Of a stretch of DNA of 64,000 bases, positions 1 through 13,000 are shown piece by piece. Source of the stretch: Octopus sinensis (lineage: Eukaryota); NCBI RefSeq assembly GCF_006345805.1, contig NC_043001.1:74958001-75022000 (forward strand), given 5' to 3'. The notes beneath the pieces were generated by a model. The model saw only the letters and a list, made by a program, of their open reading frames with translations. It did no database searches and was not told the origin of the DNA. Every line of letters starts with the position of its first letter. Position 1 is the stretch's first letter. Made by a program: the position numbers and the translations under genes.

Positions 1-1085
1 AGAAAAATTTGAGCGGTTGATTAGAAATATTCTTTCAGGAATCGAAAAATGCACGTGGAATAATAAGCGAACTGATCCATCACATGAGATAAAGACTTTA
101 TTAGTATGCAAAGGTATTTATTTAAGTGGGTTTAAACGTATGGGGCCGGGTTGGAATTTTTTCAGGTTCATTTGATAAATTAAAGAACTTATACGTTTAG
201 ATGAAAATTTACATTTATCGTTATTCAATGTTATATTAGACTTATGAGCAACTTCTTTTTTGTTATGATAAATTTTTGCTATGTTCTTTCATGTTACTTC
301 TTATGGAGACGCCACCTAACAGGTGTACATACATTCCGATTAATTTTCACGACTAAAATTACCTATAATTCATTGGAAACCGTTTGTAAGTCCCCAAACT
401 AAAACGTTTAAATCGACACAATCGAGCGTCTGCCTCGAAAGTTGTAAATACTTTACCATCGAATGCAACATGACACAATGAAATATGTTACGGAAGTTGA
501 TAGCTCTTGTTAGAAGATATTTTATTAACTAATTCCTCTAAAGGTCAAGTAGGGGAATTTATTTTTAGTTAGAATATGGCCTGAGCGAAAATACTGAAAT
601 TATTGGACAATATGTACGACGTAAAATTGGGAGGATCTAGTCAATCAATTGGTTTTATCGCAGTTATCTTTCTTGGTTCCTGACTTGAAAAGTTTAAATG
701 CCTCGAGAGAAAGTATATTGTTTACCGATTTCTTGGATAATCTCAGTTGATCGCAGTTTTTCAATACGTATTTCATGCTCTATAATTATCGTATTTATAT
801 TTATTACTGCGGCACTTTCCTTCAGCCATATTTTAGATATTCATAATCCGTATCACAGGGTCACTACATCCCTCTATCCCCACTGTGTATGTTTGTGCGC
901 GCGCGTATGTGTGTTCATTATTCTTAGTTTTGCCAACAACTGCATAGAATAGTTTCGCTGGTGAGATATAATAAGATCAAAACATGTCCGTTACTTTCAC
1001 CAGTTAACTTGAAAGACCAGATCCACTGCAAAGTGAATTATCTTTATGGCCCAAAAATTTTTGATCTTAGAATTATACGACCTTG

Positions 1086-1385
1086 CTCTTTACTCTTTTA
1101 CTTGTTTCAGTAATTTGATTGTGGCCATGCTGGAGCACCGCCTTTAGTCGAGCAATCGACCCCAGGACTTATTCTTTGTAAGCCTAGTACTTATTCTATC
1201 GGTCTCTTTGCCGAATCACTAAGTTACGGAGACGTAAACACACCAGCATCGGTTGTCAAGCGATGTTGGGGGGGGGGGGCAACATAGACACAAACACATA
1301 TATAGGGGGAGAGTTCATGATAAAAAACAATACAAAAGACGAAGACAGGTGGTGTAGAAAACAGATGTATTAGTATAATGCTCAA

Positions 1386-1417
<32 letters not shown>

Positions 1418-1600
1418 GTGGATTTGGTAGACGGAAACTGAAAGAAACTGCTTCTTTCAGCTTCCGTCTACCAAATCCACTCACAAAGCTTTGGTCGGCC
1501 CGAGGCTATAGTAGAAGACACTTGTCCAAGGTGCCACGCAGTGGGACTGAACTCGGAACCATGTGGTTCGTAAGCAAGCTACTTACCACAAACCCACTCC
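1086..1600 (-). mobile_element. tRNA-headed SINE family A (CORE-like centre, internal CA/TA microsatellite, CR1-like 3' tail)
   Basis: Minus strand reads GGAGTGG..GTGGTAAG...GAGTTCAGTCCC (A/B boxes), CCTTGGACAAGT, and tail GGCGGTGCTCCAGCATGG...GTAAAAGAG. Many copies in the window. Confidence 0.85.
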
Positions 1601-3134
1601 GTCTATTGTTGGTTAGTTTTTTTTATTATTATAAACATACTAGAAGGAGCTATTGTCAACTAATTGCTAAGATGATTTCCGTGATCGAAGTTTTCCAACT
1701 AATTGTTTTTCATATATGTGAGAATCAACCGTATCGTTAACAACTGCATTCTTTTTGTTGTTACTGTTAACAAGTACTTGTACTCGCCAGGGTGAGTCAT
1801 TTGGCTCGATAATGGTTTTTTAGAGAATTATTTTCATTTCCTGTGAAATATACCCGGCATCGATGATTAATTTTTTTTTGATTTCATAATTACAGGTTGC
1901 ATATCTGGTGATGAATAATGAAAAGACAGACTCTAGATGAATCAAGTAAGTGTTTCAGCGAACCAGAGAGCAAACAATCAAGTCCGGCCAAATTTCTCAG
2001 TAAAAAGAACATCAAGGATCCCACCCCCAAAACTCAATAAAAAAAGTGTTCGACTACATGGGGTTGTTTTTTTTCTTTTTTAACCTTTATTTCTACAGTA
2101 TTTCTTGATTTGCATCAAGTTAACTCTTAAACCAATAATCTTTGGTTGATAACCTAAGTTAACGTACAAGTGATTGAGATGAAATTTCAAGAATAACCCC
2201 TGTCGACGATCCCGTTCAATGAAATGCTAAATCAACGATAAAGTCCTTTAACACAGAAAATAAATAAATAATAACCCTCAATAGTTCTTTCGAGGATCTG
2301 TTAGAAGACTCCTTTTTTTCTTAACCTTGTAACAGATTCCTAGGCAGGACATTTCGTGTGATCATGTCTCGAAAAATTCTGACAGATAATACCTTTCATG
2401 TGTAACTGCATAACGGAAACCCCTTTTATAAGGATCTACGTTTCCGCACCGTTTTGCGCGACGCAAAACTTATGTGGAGAAGGGTATTTTGGCGCTAAGA
2501 GTATTTTTCACACGCTGAACTACTTTTTATCCAGCATAATTAAATTCAGTTGATACGACCAAACTATATAACTACTTTTCCCTCGTTTAGGTTATTTTCT
2601 AGCGCCAAATTTTTTTATGTAAATGAAGTTACGGTCTCACTCCCACATACAAACAAAACTACGCCTGATCGCGCACACTCACACATATATATTGTATGTA
2701 AATCATAAATTCGAAAGAGAAGCGCAGTTTAAGTTATAGAGCAGTAAAGTAATTAGATAGTATCTAATATATGTATGCATGAGTATATATACAAACATAC
2801 ATACATAAATACATATATATATACATACACACACACGAACACATACGTACATATATATTATCCGAATATATAGACGATTCACGTACACACACACACATAT
2901 ATGATCAAGTGTTTATATCCCATCCTTTTTTCCTATTTTGGAATAAACACAATAATAATATTTGTTGAACTTGTATCACGGTCATGATGTATCTATTCTG
3001 AGGTGACGACCTCAAAGTTTTATGTACAACTAAGAACAAGAACTCTTGATTCTCGTGATAGCGTAACTCTCTAACGTCTAAAGTCATTATCAGATAAACA
3101 AAAAGACTGGCGGTCAATTTTAACATTTTCAATA

Positions 3135-3310
3135 ATGGCTTTTCTTCTAGTTTTCTTTCTAGCCGTTGTTAATTTAGCATGTGTCAGTGGTGGAAAATTA
3201 AATGCACCTAAAGTGTTATTACCGTACAGTCCTACAACAATCTCGAACTTTACTTTAAAGGTAAACTTAACGAAAGAAGAGCAAGCCGAACATAACCACT
3301 GCTACACATG
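3135..3310 (+). CDS. NUP210: NUP210 coding exon 1 (signal peptide)
   Basis: [31 protein letters not shown]...HCYT(W); donor TG|gtgcgt, phase 2. Confidence 0.92.
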
Positions 3311-6300
3311 GTGCGTATCTTGTCCTAATCTTTGTACTTGTTCATTGTTATTTATTTGTAACCTTTCTACGCATCTATTACTGCATCTTATATACCATAT
3401 AGTCGCTGCTATAAAGTTTATTTAAGCCATATTATGATTAATTTTATTTGGTTTATTTCATATACATCCGTCTTACAATGTGAACGTTTCCGCTCTAGTT
3501 CAAGTGTCGGTTCATATCTCTTACTTTCAATCCATAGTCATTACTTTCAATCCATAGTCATACTTCACAGTATTGACAATCCTTTATGTATCCTATTGTT
3601 TTTGTAACAGTTTATACTTCCTTATTCTTTCTCGTCATTCTGTTGTATTTATATACTTTGTTTGTTTTTTCACTTAATTTTCTAACCTTAGATATATATT
3701 TTTTATTATTTACAATTATGTCATATTTAACCCCCCCCATCCACGGAAATTGTCCTCGTATATTTTAGGCGCACACTGTAGACTCGAGCAAATTTTGAAA
3801 TAGTTCTTTGCATAAAAATATCAGAAATAAATCAGTTTTATATAGCTTCCGATACTAGCTTTATACATCAAATTTAAGAAGCTTTCTTTTTTGTTCAATA
3901 ATTTTAAAATCCTTGGCGGAGTTTTGGGAATATCTGCTCCTTGAAGTTACCTACTTCACGAGAAAGGGAAAGTGAATTTTTTTCGATAAATTTTTACCAA
4001 CTCAGTTATTCACCAAAAAAAAAAAAAACCTCCCGATTTTTTTTTTTACATTTTAACCCACCCCCTCACCATTTTCCTTTCACCATGAGGTACGGATTTC
4101 CAGGGTCTGTTATTCCCAAACTTTGCCAAATCTTGTTCCAGAATTAAAAATAGATGAAAAAAAAGTTCATTTTTCATGGTATTTCATCTTTCATTCAATT
4201 ATTTTTCTCGTAACTTTTTTTTTTCTGTTATAACGGCTTTTTTGTTAATGAACATTCAAAATTCATTTTAGTGTACGTATAATTTTTTTTTGTGGCAGAT
4301 GTTTACTATTTCACTCGTCTCTTAAAAACTCGTAGTTTCCAATGATCAGATTCGTTTAAAACACCCAAAGAAAAAAAAAAAAAAAACGGCGGAGGCGAGG
4401 CGAAGCACCAGAGTGATGTAGTAAAAATTCACCCCTTTTTCTTCTACTGTTAAAACAAGATCGTGTCAAGTTTTAAATCCCAATTCATTTCGTTTTTGAA
4501 GTTTTTTTTTTTGCAAATTTAGATTATGCTCCATAGAATCTAAATTTGCTAAAAAAAACTTAAAAAACAAAAGGAATTGGGATTTAAATGTTATGGGTTT
4601 CATAAACATTATGAATGATACATTTTTGAGGTTAGTATGGATATTTGATGAAGCTGGAAGCCTAGTGGTTAGTGTGTTGGGCTCATGATCATAAGGCTGT
4701 GGGTTCGAATATTAGACTGGGCAGAATGTTGTGTCCTTGGGTAAGACACAATATTTTGTGTTGTATCACCCAATTGCTGGTGCAACCCTCTCATCCTCAG
4801 TGTTCCCCTGGGTCAAGGGTGGGCAGGCTGAGAGAGTGTCTGTCTGCTCATGGCTTCATTGACAATCAGCAAAAGTCATAGCTAAGCTTTTAAAAAGACC
4901 TTATATGACTACTAAAAAGCAACATGAAGTGATGATAAAGCTCATCAAAAGAATGGACAAAATGAAACCATTGTTTATTGCTTTCACTCTATATAATACA
5001 CTAACATATTCAGGAATTTTCACAATTGTACTTATTGTCCAAAAGATCCTATTGAGATACACAAAAATTATATTAATCATTGTCATCATCGTCGTTTAAC
5101 GTCCGTTTTCCATGCTGGCATGGGTTGGACGGTTTGACTGAGGGCTAGTAAGCCAGAAGGCTGCACCAGGCTCCAATCTGATCTGGCAAAGATTCTACAG
5201 CTGGATGCCCTTACTAATGCCAACTTCCGAGAGTGTAGTGGGTGCTTTTTATGTGCCACCAGCACAAGGGCCAGTCAGGCAGTTCTGGCATCGACCACAC
5301 TTGAATGGTGCTTTTTACGTGCCACAGGCATGGGAGCCAGTCAGGTGGGTCTGGCAATGACCATGCTCAAACGGTGTTTTTTACATGCCACTGACACGGG
5401 GCCAGTCAGCCGGCATTGTCACTGACCACACTCGAATGATGCTTTTTATGTGCCACTGGCATAGGACCAGTCGGGTGGCACCGGTTTTGACCATACTTGA
5501 ATGGTGCTTTTTATGTGCCACCAGCATGGGTGCCAATCAGGTAGTACTGTCATCGGCTATGACAATGACTTCACTTGACTCAACAGGTCTTTGCAAGTGC
5601 AGTTTATTGCCCAATGATTGAAAACAAATATTTCCTTTATTGCTTCTTATTGTACATATTAGGTAAAGTATCTTAGGCATGGCTGTGTAATAAGAAGCTT
5701 GCTACCCAAGTATTTCTCTTGCAGTTGCCTCACTAGGAAGATTGTATCTGTGGTGCCTCTTTTGGGAATAAAGACAAACTACATCTCATCGAGGTCTTCT
5801 CTATCATGGAACAATTGTCTATGACTCCATGACGTTTATAACCTGATCAACTAGTTTGATTCCTGTATAATTGTTTCTCTCTCAGGCATCTCCTTTGCTT
5901 TTGTTGCAGTTACAATGGTACTGCTACACTTGTTATTGGATATGACACCTTGTATGACTTGATTAACTGAGTGGTAAATGCATATCCTATCTCACCAGAT
6001 ACTTTGAGCATCTCTCTAACTATCCTTGATGGACTCACAACTTTCTCTTCATGTCCTTGCTTGCTTTATCACACTGCTGTCAATTTGAATTGCTGGTCCC
6101 TTTGTCAAATAGCCTCTCTTTATCCCATGCATTCTCCATGTTCATCACCATTTTCATCTTTCATACTCAATGGTGAGTATGCCTTCATCATTCTGAATAC
6201 ATCTTGGTTCTCTCTCATACATTGTCTCACAATCCTGAACATTCCACACCTTACATTGCAGGTCATATGCAAATTTCTTCCTTTCTTCCTCACCTAGCTG

Positions 6301-7028
6301 CCTTTCTAGCCACTTGGTAAATCCCTACCACTTTGCTTAACTGAGTTTAAGATACATTTCATGTTACTGTAGAATTGGGATTATGATTGCTAAAATCAAT
6401 AGAAATTCATGTAACTGTCACTGTCGCTCTCAGATTTGGAACTTTGGACTGGGCTTCAAGAGAGACCAGTTGCCTAAGGGAGCTTAACACTTTGCTATTT
6501 CATAATTTAATAACAGCAGAAGCTGTGCTCATGACTATGAAACTGGTGAAACTGAAGTTATTAAATTGTACTTGTTTGTGAATAATGACTGGATGTACTA
6601 TAGTAATTTGTCATTACTCATAACTAGTCAACTGGGTAGAACTTATAAAATAGTAATGAAATATCAATAAACAGAAACAACAAAAAAAAAGGAACATATA
6701 AAAGTGGAATAATTTCAAAAGAAATGGATTTATCAACTCCTTAAGAAAAATAATTACCTTTAATAAAAATGAACAAATATTACATTTAAGAAACTAGATT
6801 TCAAGTCCTGGTCTTCTATCAATATGTAAACAAGTATTTTTTTATTACTTTAATTACAAAATTAAGATTTCAGAGTGGGTGTGTGGTAAGTAGCTTGCTT
6901 ACCAATCACATGGTTCCGTGTTTGGTCCCACTGCATGGCACCTTGGGCAAGTGTCTTCTGATATTGCTTCAGGCTAACCAAAGCCTTGTGAGTGGATTTG
7001 GTAGATAGAAACTGAAAGAAGCCTGTCA

Positions 7029-7087
<59 letters not shown>

Positions 7088-10000
7088 TATATATAATGTG
7101 TGTGTATTTGTGTTTGGCCTCCCACCATTGTGTGACAACTGATGTTGGTGTGTTTATGTCCCAATAACTTAGCAGTTTGGCAAAGAGACTGATAGGATAA
7201 GTACTAGGCTTACAAAGAATGCCCTGGGGTTGATTTGTTCGACTGAAGGCAGTGCTCCAGCATGGTTTCAGTCAAGTGACTGAAACAAATAAAAGAATAG
7301 ATGTTAAAAAATTCAAGGGACGTAACTCTTTTGACAAATCTCACTGAGGGTGGCCATGTTTCATCTGAAAATTCCAAGAGGAGCTTCTTTTTTAAAATTT
7401 TTAAAAAAGTCTTTTTGGCCGAGTACAACTTTGTGGGTTCAGGTTCAGTCCCACTGCATGGCACCTTGCGCCAAATGCAATGTTACTGAATTTGATAGAT
7501 GGTAACTGTGGAAGCCCATTTTATATATATATATATATATATGTAGAGGAGTTGTTTCTGTGTTTGAATGTAACTATAAGAAAGTAACTTGAGTAAAGCG
7601 TTACCAAATAAATACACTATGTGGAAAGTCAATGAAACAGTTGCATCTGTGAGGCATTAAGAAAATACATCAGACGGCTATATTACAACAATTGTCATAA
7701 TTTATTTGGGTTGCAGTGAGAATAGTCAATTGCATGTAGGAGCCAAAGAAGGCCATTGGACTTACTATCACACAAATGGGTAGAAGAATACCATGATAAA
7801 GGAGTGAGAAGTTTGAACAGGTAGGTTCCATCCATAGAGAATAATGGGATTCACTGTGTGAGCTTATTGTAATCCTGAAGTTTACGGCATTAAGTCTGAA
7901 ATAATATAGCTGTTCAAGTTGAAGTAATGCCATTAGGGGTAGTGTCCTTCCAAAGTCCCACTGAAAATAGCTGTACTCTTATCGAAGACTTCTGCTAACC
8001 ACTGGCCGACTGACTGGAACAGTTCTTTTCTGGACGGATGACACAGTATTTATAGCTACATGAACAACTCTGATTGGCTGCAGTTGCCAAAGCATAACTG
8101 TGCTAATTTGTGACAACAAAATAGCACTTCCTTGACTCACTACATATATATGTGTGTGTGTATCTTTGTGTCTGCCTTTGTCCACCCTCACCACTTGACA
8201 ACTGGTGTTAGTTTGCAAAACAGACTGATAAAACAAGTGTCAGGCTTAAAAATAAATACTGAGAGGTAATCTGTTCATCTATCAGTTTGAGTAACAAGTA
8301 AGCCACGTTTTGAACCATGAAGTATTTGTACCGGATTTTTGCAGAGTTTTGAATTTTTCTTAAACATTTTTTTTTGCAATTGTCTGATAATACAGACAGT
8401 CTTGCCCAAATGCATCAATAAATTAACATTGATATTTTTTTCACCATTGTTACAATCATCTGAAATCGAACTGTCAAAGTGTGATATTTGAGTAATTTTG
8501 CTATTCAACCTTAGAAAAGGACGTAAAGCAGCTGAAACTGCTTGTGATAACAACAAAACATTTGGTGAGGAAATGACCAGTGAGTGGTCAGCTCAAAAAT
8601 GGTTTAAACTATTTCGCAGTGGAGACCTGAGCCTAGTGGACGCACATCTGTCATCGATGATGATCAATTAAAGACTGTCATTGAGAAAGATCCATGTAAA
8701 ACCACTTGACAACTGGCAAAAGAAGTTCAAGTTAGCCAGAAAACTGCCTCAGCCATTTGCATACGATTGGAAAATCAAAAAAGCTTCACAAATGGGTACC
8801 ACATGATTTGAATGAAAATCAGATATGAAATTTGCTCATCGCTTCTCCGCAACCAGACCGATCCATTTCTCAACTGTATTGTAACTTGCGATGGAAAGTG
8901 GATTCTGTACAATAATAAAAAAAACGTTCTTTTCAGTGATTGGATCAAAATGAAGCACCGAAAACCTTCCCTAAACCCGAGAAGAAGGTTATGGTGACTA
9001 TAAGTTCTTAAGACCCGGTAAAACCATTACTGCAGAAACATATTGCCATAAAATTGCCAAAATGAATGAAAAACTGCTACTCCTCCGTCCCAGACTGGTC
9101 AACAGAAGAGGGCCAATCATTCTTCATGACAATGCTTGACCACATGTTTCACTAACAATACTCCAGAAGTTGAGGGAACTTGGCTACGAAGTTCTTCCCC
9201 ACCCAGACTTTTCTTCTATGGACTACCACTTTTTCAAGCACCTTGATGGTTTCCTGCGAGAGAAGGAGTTCAAAAATCAAACTGATGGTGAAAGTGTGTT
9301 CATAGAGTTCATCAGCTCCAGATTTTTATGTTACTGGAATGAACAAACTTGTAACTCGTTGGTAAAAATGTGCTGATTGTATTTGATGAATATAATTTTT
9401 GAATTGTTGAAATTTAGTGTGATGAATTTCATGTTTCGAAACGTTGCTACTTTTTACTCAGCCTGATGAAACTCTTCAAGATAGTGTCCCCAGCATGACT
9501 GCAGTCTAATGATTGAAACAAGTAAAAGATAAATCATACAAAATAAGAATTTCATTTAAAAATAAATTTAGAAGATATTAAATGATTGAAGGGATGCAAC
9601 TTTCTTAATATATTTAATAGATGGTGTCTATGGTTTCATTTGAAAGTTCTAAAAAAGAAAGAGTAGGTTATCTTTTACTTGTTTCAGTCATCAGACTAGC
9701 CATGCTGGACCACTGCCTTGAGCAAATTTTTAGTCAAATGAATCAACCCTGGTGCTTATTTCTTTGTTAAACCTGGTACTTATTCTATCAGTCTTTTTTG
9801 CTGAACTGTGAAGTTATGGGGATGTGAACACACCAATACCAGTTGTCAAGTGGTGGTGAAGGACAGACAGACACACACACAACGGGCTTTCAGTTTCTGC
9901 CTACAAAATCAATTCACAAGGCTTTGGTTGGCCCAAGGCTATAGTAGAAGACACTTGCTCAAGGTGCCATGCAGTGGGACTGAACCCAGAACCATGTAGT

Positions 10001-13000
10001 TGGGAAGCAAGTTTTTTTTTACCACACATCCATGCTTGCACCTATAGTTGTACAAAATTCTTTTGTTAAGGCTGCAAGTTAAAGTACAAAAGTTCTTTAA
10101 TGGAGAAAAATCAGCTGTATGTTGTGAGTGTAGGCTGGACTGTTAATGAAAGACATGAGTCAGTTTTTTAATATTTTTTTTTATTTTAGAAGAGTAGAGC
10201 TGAGATCACAATGACTTGTCTCTTATCTTTCTTAGTTTGACTCAACTGAATTTCTTTATCCTACAATGACTATTAATTTTATTTGAGCTTAACCAAGTGT
10301 AAAGAAATGAGCTTTAGCATTTAAACTGGCCATATCCAGTCTAACCATTCTACCAGTTTTATGTTCAAACTAGTCCAGATCTTGCTTCTCACACCTACCT
10401 TACAATGTAAAGAATCACATTATGGAAACCTCAAAACTATGGAATGATGCATGAATAATACAAAACAATGTGAATAAATAAGCATCATATTTGACAGAAA
10501 TCTGAATGCTAAATGGTTGATAGTTGACTAGTTGGTGAAAATGCATGGTCTAGTGGTTATGGTGTTGCATTCATGGCTGTAAGGTCATGATTTCAATTTA
10601 TGGACTAGGTGGTGCTTTGTGTTCCTACTCAGAATGCTTCATTACATGTTACTCTAGTCCACTCAGCTGTAAGTTCCAGCAATAGCTGGGAAGTTACCCC
10701 TGTGACAAACTAGTGTCCTGTTCAATGGAGAGTGTTGTAGTCTCACTCACTTATGCACCAATGAAACAGGCTTAAGCCCTGGCCTTTTGAGTCCTAGGTT
10801 CCCTCTGAGCTGCAAAACATATCAGGAAATTGCCTTGTATTTAATTTATGAACATGTCTTAAGATAAGCTGCATATATTTGAATGCTACATGCTAAAATA
10901 TTTTTGTTTAACCCTTTAGCATTTAAAGCAACTATATCTGGCCAAAATATTGTATCTGTTTTATGTTCAAACAAGCCAGAGCCAACCTCTCATGCTTGCT
11001 CTACAATATTATTCTAAAAACAAACAATCACATAATTGAAATCTCAAAGCTACAAGGTAATGCATGACTAATTCATATTAATTTGAATAAGTATTTTATT
11101 TGACAGAGAAATCTGAATACCAAAGGGTCAAAGCTCTGTAAATTTCCTTCAGTGGTCAGGAGAAATTAGAATGTTGTATAGGGCATTAATTTTATTGCGC
11201 TTATCTTTACAAGTAGAGTAAAAATGATTGAAATCTTGAAATGAAACTTAAAACTATACATTTTATCATTGGGGACCTTTTATCAAGTATAGCAAAGGTG
11301 AAAACAGTTCTCATGTTATCACATTATCTTGAAATATAGGTGCAGGCATGGTCATGTGATGAAGAAGTTAGTTTCCCAGCCACGTTCAGTTTCACAGCAT
11401 GGCACCTTGGACTAGTTGTCTTCAGCTGAAGGTCCTTCCTGTGCAAAACAAATCATTATCAAATTTGATAAATAGAAATTGAAAGAAGCCCATTGTGTTA
11501 TGGCGATTCAGTTTGGGTACATGATACTAATAAGCCACAAAAATGGTGAAATATTGTTACCCATCACTCTTAAATGGGATTTGGGGTGAGTTGTCTCACC
11601 TGGCTGTGACTTTCAGGTGTTTTAACATCTGGCACTTTGAGAGAGTCATCCTCACTGTGCTAAACCACAGCCTGCTAACGAACAAGCAAAGCACATATAT
11701 AGATCGTTATTGATACAAGGGCAAACAATTCACAAGAAAAATAATTCTGGAAAACTTAATTTGCTAAGATATTAATTGTTATTAATTAGTATTACTTTTT
11801 TAAAAAAATGATAATAACAGAATCAGTTATATAGGTGATTGCAGGCCCCAAAAAAGCATTCAATAGCTGAAGGATTAAAATTAATCAAAGGACATACTAA
11901 GTATGTCTACCTGCTGGAAATAACAGTCAAAGCTCTTATTTAAATCACCAAAATACACTGATGATAACTACAGAAATCAACCAAAGGCAGATCAGTTTAA
12001 TAAAATCTCCTAACGTACATTTAAGTATTTGGTCTCACGTGGACCGGTTTCTGCACTGGAAAAAATTGCCTTTGCTTCTTCAGCACGCATTACTATGACG
12101 AAGACCCCCCCAACCTATCATTTTGAAGTCAGTGCCACAACAGATTAGTAGTTATCATCAGTGTATTTTGGCTATTTAAATAAGAGTTTTGATTGTTATT
12201 CCCAGCAAGTAGACATACTCCTTCGAAATATATATATATATCATCATCATCATCATCGTCGTTTAACGTCCGTTCTCCATGCTAGCATGGGTTGGACGGT
12301 TCGACCGGGGTTCTGGGAAGCCAGAAGGCTGCACCAGGCTCCAGTCTAATCTGGCAATGTTTCTACAGCTGGATGCCCTTCCTAACGCCAACCACTCCGT
12401 GAGTGTAGCGGGTGCTTTTTACGTGCCACCTGCATATATATGTCCTTCGAAATATATATATATATGTCCTTCGAAATATATATATATAATTATATCTCAT
12501 TGCTTTAACACTCTCTTTTTCATGCTTACATGCATCTGATAGAATTTATTGAGATAGATTTTTCTGTGGCTGGATGGCCTTTCTGTTGCCAACTTTACCT
12601 GTTTACAAGCAGGCTAATATTTCTACATGACCAGATATGTTTGCACAGTTTCAGAAGTGAATGACATTGCTTTTTTTGACAATGACACTATTTACACTAC
12701 TAGCGTGTGATGTCAAGATAAACACAGACACACTCATACACTTACATATATAAATAAGATATACAATGACCTTCTCTCAATTTCTGTCTGCCTAATCTAT
12801 TCACAAGGCTTGTGGCTATAGTGGAAGACACTTGCCCAAGATGCCATGCAGTTGGATTGAACTTGAAACCATGTAGTTGAGAAGAAAACTTCTTAATCAA
12901 ATCATCACATGCATGTCGGTAGTGTAATCACTTCTGTTAACAAATAATCTGCTTGCTTCACACCTTTGAAGATGTGGTATAAGAGATTCCTTACTTAAAA

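Noticed and set aside
698-3132. Divergent protein-coding gene upstream
   Set aside because: ORFs are SINE- or microsatellite-derived, or lack recognisable homology and splice structure
11955-11985. CTGATGA...GAAA hammerhead-like motif
   Set aside because: No stem II or stem I pairing
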